Of a stretch of 64,000 nt of DNA, positions 60,408 through 64,000 are shown piece after piece (the stretch's first letter is position 1; each line of letters starts with the position of its first letter). Under the pieces are notes generated by a model. That model ran no database searches, was not told the DNA's origin, and saw only the letters and a list, made by a program, of their open reading frames with translations. Source of the DNA: Streptomyces sp. NBC_00353 (GTDB lineage Bacteria > Actinomycetota > Actinomycetes > Streptomycetales > Streptomycetaceae); NCBI RefSeq assembly GCF_036108815.1, contig NZ_CP107985.1:6386058-6450057 (forward strand), in the 5' to 3' direction. Position numbers and translations under genes: made by a program.

Positions 60408-61127
60408 ATGCCAAGTGTGCTCGTGGTCGAGGACGACCAGTTCGTACGTTCCGCCCTCATCCGGCACCTGACCGAGGCCTCCCATACGGTACGGAGTGTC
60501 GGCACCGCGCTGGAAGCGCTGCGCGAAGTCGCCCACTTCCGATTCGATGTGGTCATCCTCGATCTCGGTCTGCCCGACCTCGACGGATCCGAGGCGCTGA
60601 AGATGCTCCGCGGCATCACCGACGTACCCGTGATCATCGCGACCGCGCGGGACGACGAGAGCGAAATCGTCCGACTGCTGAACGACGGCGCCGACGACTA
60701 CCTGATCAAGCCGTTCTCGGTGGAACACCTGTCGGCGCGAATGGCTGCCGTGCTGCGCCGTTCGCGCGCCGCCGGGGGTGGGGCACCGCCGCCGAGTGTC
60801 ATCCAGGTCGGCGGACTCTCCATCGATCCGCTGCGCCGCCAGGCCGAACTGGACGGCACCGCGCTCGACCTCACCCGCCGCGAGTTCGATCTGCTGACCT
60901 TTCTCGCCGGGCGCCCCGGGGTCGTCGTCCCGCGCAAGGAACTCCTGGCCGAGGTCTGGCAGCAGTCGTACGGTGACGACCAGACCATCGACGTCCATCT
61001 CTCCTGGCTGCGACGGAAGCTGGGCGAGACGGCGGCCAGGCCGCGTTATCTGCACACCCTGCGTGGCGTCGGCGTGAAACTCCAGCCGCCCGCGCTGCAG
61101 CCGCCGGACCCGGAGCAGCCCGTATGA
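60408..61127 (+). CDS. OmpR-family response regulator
   Basis: REC domain VLVVEDD...DVVILDLGLPD...LIKPF plus a winged-helix DNA-binding domain. ATGA overlap with the kinase gene. Confidence 0.9.
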   Translation: MPSVLVVEDDQFVRSALIRHLTEASHTVRSVGTALEALREVAHFRFDVVILDLGLPDLDGSEALKMLRGITDVPVIIATARDDESEIVRLLNDGADDYLIKPFSVEHLSARMAAVLRRSRAAGGGAPPPSVIQVGGLSIDPLRRQAELDGTALDLTRREFDLLTFLAGRPGVVVPRKELLAEVWQQSYGDDQTIDVHLSWLRRKLGETAARPRYLHTLRGVGVKLQPPALQPPDPEQPV

Positions 61128-62542
61128 GATGGGCCCTGGTCAAGGTCTGCCTGGCCGTCACCGCGATGGTCGTCATCGCCTTCGCCGTACCGCTCGGTCT
61201 CGTCATCAAGGAGATGGCCCGCGACCGGGCCTTCTCCGACGCCGAGCGGCAGGCCGCCACGATCGGTCCGACCCTCTCCATCACCACCGACCGCGCCGAA
61301 CTGGAGACGGCCGTCCTCACCACCGAGCCGGGCGGCGAGGGCCGGATGGCCGTCCACATCCCCGCCTCCGAGGAGCCGGACAGCCGGCCGCTGGAGATCG
61401 GCACCCGGCGCGCCACCCGTAAGGACGTGGAGACCGTACGCACCTCGGGGCGCGCCTCGATCAGCGAGGTCACCGGCGGTTCCGCACTGCTCCAGCCGAC
61501 CGCGCTGGGGTCCGGGGGTATCGCCGTCGTCGAGGTGTTCGTACCCGAGGGCGAGGAGTCCAACGGGGTCGCCACCGCCTGGCTGATGCTGGCGGGCGTC
61601 GGCATCGCGCTGATCGTCGGCTCGGTCGCGGTCGCCGACCGGCTCGGCGTACGGATGGTGAAGCCCGCCCAGCGGCTCGCGGGCGCCGCCCACGACCTGG
61701 GGGAGGGCAGGCTGGGGACCAGGGTCCGCGAGGAGGGGCCGACCGAACTGCGTTCCGCCGCCGTCGCGTTCAACTCCATGGCCGACCAGGTCGTGCAGCT
61801 CCTCGCCAACGAACGGGAACTGGCCGCCGACCTCTCGCACCGGCTGCGCACCCCGCTCACCGTCCTGCGCCTCAACGCCGCCTCGCTCGGCGAGGGCCCG
61901 GCCGCCGAGCAGACCCGGGCCGCCGTCGAGCAGCTGGAGCACGAGGTCGACACGATCATCCGCACCGCCCGCGAACAACGCCCCCAGACCCAGGGACTGA
62001 ACAGTGGGCCCGGGGCCGGCTGCGATGCCTCCGAGGTGATCCGCGAGCGGATGGACTTCTGGTCTGCGCTCGCCGAGGACGAGGGGCGCGAAGTGCGCCT
62101 CGCGGGAGTGGACCGTACGGTACGGATCCCCGTCGCCCGGCCCGAACTCGTCGCCGCGCTCGATGCGTTGCTCGGCAACGTCTTCCGGCACACCCCGGAA
62201 GGCACCGCCTTCGCCGTCGACGTGCACCACAGCGGCGACGCCGTGATCGTGCTGGTCTCGGATGCGGGCGGCGGCATAGCGGACCCCAAGGCGGCGCTGG
62301 CGCGCGGCGGAAGCGGTGGGGGAGGGGCGCGGGGCTCGGTGGGCTCGACCGGGCTCGGGCTCGACATCGTCCGCCGTGTCGCGGAGTCCACCGGTGGCGA
62401 TGTGCGGATCGGGCGGTCGGTGCTCGGCGGCACGGAGGTCCGCATCTGGATCTGGCTCGACGGGCGTCGGCCCGGGCAGGGCGGGCGCCGTCGTCGGGTG
62501 GGCCGGCAGCGCCGCCGCCTCCGGTCCGCGGGCCGGTCTTAA
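61124..62542 (+). CDS. sensor histidine kinase
   Basis: Two transmembrane segments, HAMP domain, H-box LSHRLRTPL and G-box GLGLDIV. Confidence 0.9.
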   Translation: MRWALVKVCLAVTAMVVIAFAVPLGLVIKEMARDRAFSDAERQAATIGPTLSITTDRAELETAVLTTEPGGEGRMAVHIPASEEPDSRPLEIGTRRATRKDVETVRTSGRASISEVTGGSALLQPTALGSGGIAVVEVFVPEGEESNGVATAWLMLAGVGIALIVGSVAVADRLGVRMVKPAQRLAGAAHDLGEGRLGTRVREEGPTELRSAAVAFNSMADQVVQLLANERELAADLSHRLRTPLTVLRLNAASLGEGPAAEQTRAAVEQLEHEVDTIIRTAREQRPQTQGLNSGPGAGCDASEVIRERMDFWSALAEDEGREVRLAGVDRTVRIPVARPELVAALDALLGNVFRHTPEGTAFAVDVHHSGDAVIVLVSDAGGGIADPKAALARGGSGGGGARGSVGSTGLGLDIVRRVAESTGGDVRIGRSVLGGTEVRIWIWLDGRRPGQGGRRRRVGRQRRRLRSAGRS

Positions 62543-62672
62543 CCAGCACCGATGCGTCCCTTAAGCGAACCCTAAGAACATCAACTCATGCCCGGTACAG
62601 CCCATTTGCCGGTTTCCGTGCCGCTAGCGTGCTCCCGCACCCCCACCCCCGTACGACAGAGGCAGGCACGCA

Positions 62673-64000
62673 ATGGGCACCAGTACGCACCGGCGCACGG
62701 CGAGCACCAGGACCAAGGCGATCGGCGCCGTTGTCGCCGCGGCAGTGATCGGCTCCGCGGTCTTCGCCCTCACGGGCACGGCACAGGCCGCTTCGGTAGG
62801 TGCCGCGTACACCAGGACCAGCGGCTGGACGGGCGGCTACACCGGGCAGTACGTCGTCACCAACGACACCGACAAGGTCCAGACGGACTGGACACTCGAA
62901 TTCGACCTGCCCGCGGGCACGAGGATCAGCTCCCTCTGGAACGGCGAACACACCGTCAGCGGCAACCACGTCACCGTGAAGCCCGCCGGCTGGAACAAGG
63001 AGCTGGCGCCCGGCAAGTCGGCCACCGTCGGCTTCGTCACCACCTCGGACGGCACGGCGGCGGACCCGACCGGCTGCCTGATCAACAACACCAAGTGCTC
63101 CGTCGACACCGGAGCGACGCCGGAGCCCAGCGGACGCCCGACCGGGACCGCGACCCCGACTCCCACGGCCACCCCCACGGCCAAGCCCACGCAGACCGCC
63201 ACGGCGACCCCCACCCCCACACCCACCCCCACCGCGACCGAGGGCGGCAGCGGTACGGCGGGCGGCGCCGGCTTCGCCCCGTACGTCGACACCTCCCTCT
63301 ACCCGGCGTACGACCTGGTCGACACCGTCAGCAAGACGGGGGTGAAGGAGTTCAACCTCGCCTTCATCACCTCCGGCGGCAGCTGCGCCCCGCTCTGGGG
63401 CGGCGTCACCGCCCTCGGTGACGACCACGTCGCTTCCCAGATCGGCGCGCTGCGCGCCAAGGACGGCGACGTCCGGGTCTCCTTCGGCGGCGCGGCAGGC
63501 TCCGAACTGGCACTCAACTGCACCTCCGCCACCGACCTCGCCGCCGCGTACGGCAAGGTCATAGACACGTACAAGCTCACCAAGGTCGACTTCGACATCG
63601 AAGGCGGCGCGCTGCCCGACACGGCGGCCAACTCCCGCCGCGCCCAGGCGATCGCACAGCTCCAGAAGTCCCACCCGGCCCTCGACGTGTCCTTCACCCT
63701 GCCGGTCATGCCCGAGGGCCTCACCCAGCCGGGTGTGGACCTGATCGCCGACGCGAAGAAGAACGGCGTCAAGGTCGGCGCCGTCAACATCATGGCGATG
63801 GACTACGGCGCCTCGTACAGCGGCGACATGGGCTCGTACGCGATCCAGGCGGCGACCGCGACGCAGGCCCAGATCAAGGGTGTGCTGGGGCTGTCGGACG
63901 CGGCGGCGTGGAAGGCCGTGGCCGTCACCCCGATGATCGGTGTGAACGACGTCAGCACCGAGATCTTCAAGGTCGAGGACGCCACGCAGCTGGTGAAGTT
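62673..64000 (+). CDS. secreted chitinase: CBM2 + PT linker + GH18 (truncated by the window end)
   Basis: Own translation gives a signal peptide, a CBM2 domain (WTGGYTGQYVVTND...), a PT linker and the GH18 motif VDFDIEGG. Not in the ORF track because it is partial. Overlapping ORFs listed there are artefacts. Confidence 0.8.
   Translation, partial: MGTSTHRRTASTRTKAIGAVVAAAVIGSAVFALTGTAQAASVGAAYTRTSGWTGGYTGQYVVTNDTDKVQTDWTLEFDLPAGTRISSLWNGEHTVSGNHVTVKPAGWNKELAPGKSATVGFVTTSDGTAADPTGCLINNTKCSVDTGATPEPSGRPTGTATPTPTATPTAKPTQTATATPTPTPTPTATEGGSGTAGGAGFAPYVDTSLYPAYDLVDTVSKTGVKEFNLAFITSGGSCAPLWGGVTALGDDHVASQIGALRAKDGDVRVSFGGAAGSELALNCTSATDLAAAYGKVIDTYKLTKVDFDIEGGALPDTAANSRRAQAIAQLQKSHPALDVSFTLPVMPEGLTQPGVDLIADAKKNGVKVGAVNIMAMDYGASYSGDMGSYAIQAATATQAQIKGVLGLSDAAAWKAVAVTPMIGVNDVSTEIFKVEDATQLVK

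Overview
High-GC (about 70%+) actinomycete chromosome segment, almost certainly Streptomyces. Codon bias, GTG/TTG starts, 4-nt gene overlaps and gene content all fit. Gene content and order mirror the S. coelicolor cslZ-glxA-cslA-(2 genes)-lpmP hyphal-tip glycan locus. I support about 58 CDS, 3 identical tRNA-Lys(CUU) genes and one truncated kinase remnant. No CRISPR, rRNA, transposase or integrase was seen.

Known loci, left to right:
- GHKL-ATPase + TPR/SEC-C gene pair
- class E sortase
- DUF3311 + Na:solute symporter
- MFS transporter + HxlR regulator
- short YidC paralog
- FAH hydrolase
- GlcG/Gfo-Idh-MocA operon + ROK regulator
- LAMTG cell-wall protein
- 2-aminoethylphosphonate (AEP) utilisation cluster: HutC regulator, FAD oxidase, PhnX-like phosphonatase, ABC importer
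- class F sortase
- cslZ / glxA-cslA / P60-like hydrolase / SPFH protein / AA10 LPMO (lpmP)
- acyl-CoA ligase, MFS
- IclR regulator + polar amino-acid ABC importer + dehydrogenase / racemase-like / LLM oxidoreductase set
- PAS-GGDEF-EAL protein
- M6-like metalloprotease
- PAP2, histidine phosphatase, XRE-TPR regulator
- OmpR/histidine-kinase two-component system
- CBM2-GH18 chitinase (truncated by the window end)

Most interesting: a tRNA-Lys-adjacent, translationally coupled operon on the minus strand. It encodes a Cas4/RecB-like Fe-S PD-(D/E)xK nuclease, a 535-aa uncharacterised protein and an Upf1/Dna2-type SF1 helicase. Together these look like a split Dna2/Nhi-like nuclease-helicase module that I cannot assign to a described system. 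It is followed by a small acidic protein and another uncharacterised protein.

Other notable signals:
- the GHKL + SEC-C pair
- three dispersed identical tRNA-Lys copies
- a truncated kinase next to one tRNA copy
- a repeated 3'-intergenic motif family with a G-rich tandem array
- DasR-like dre boxes upstream of the LPMO
- several in-gene tandem repeats
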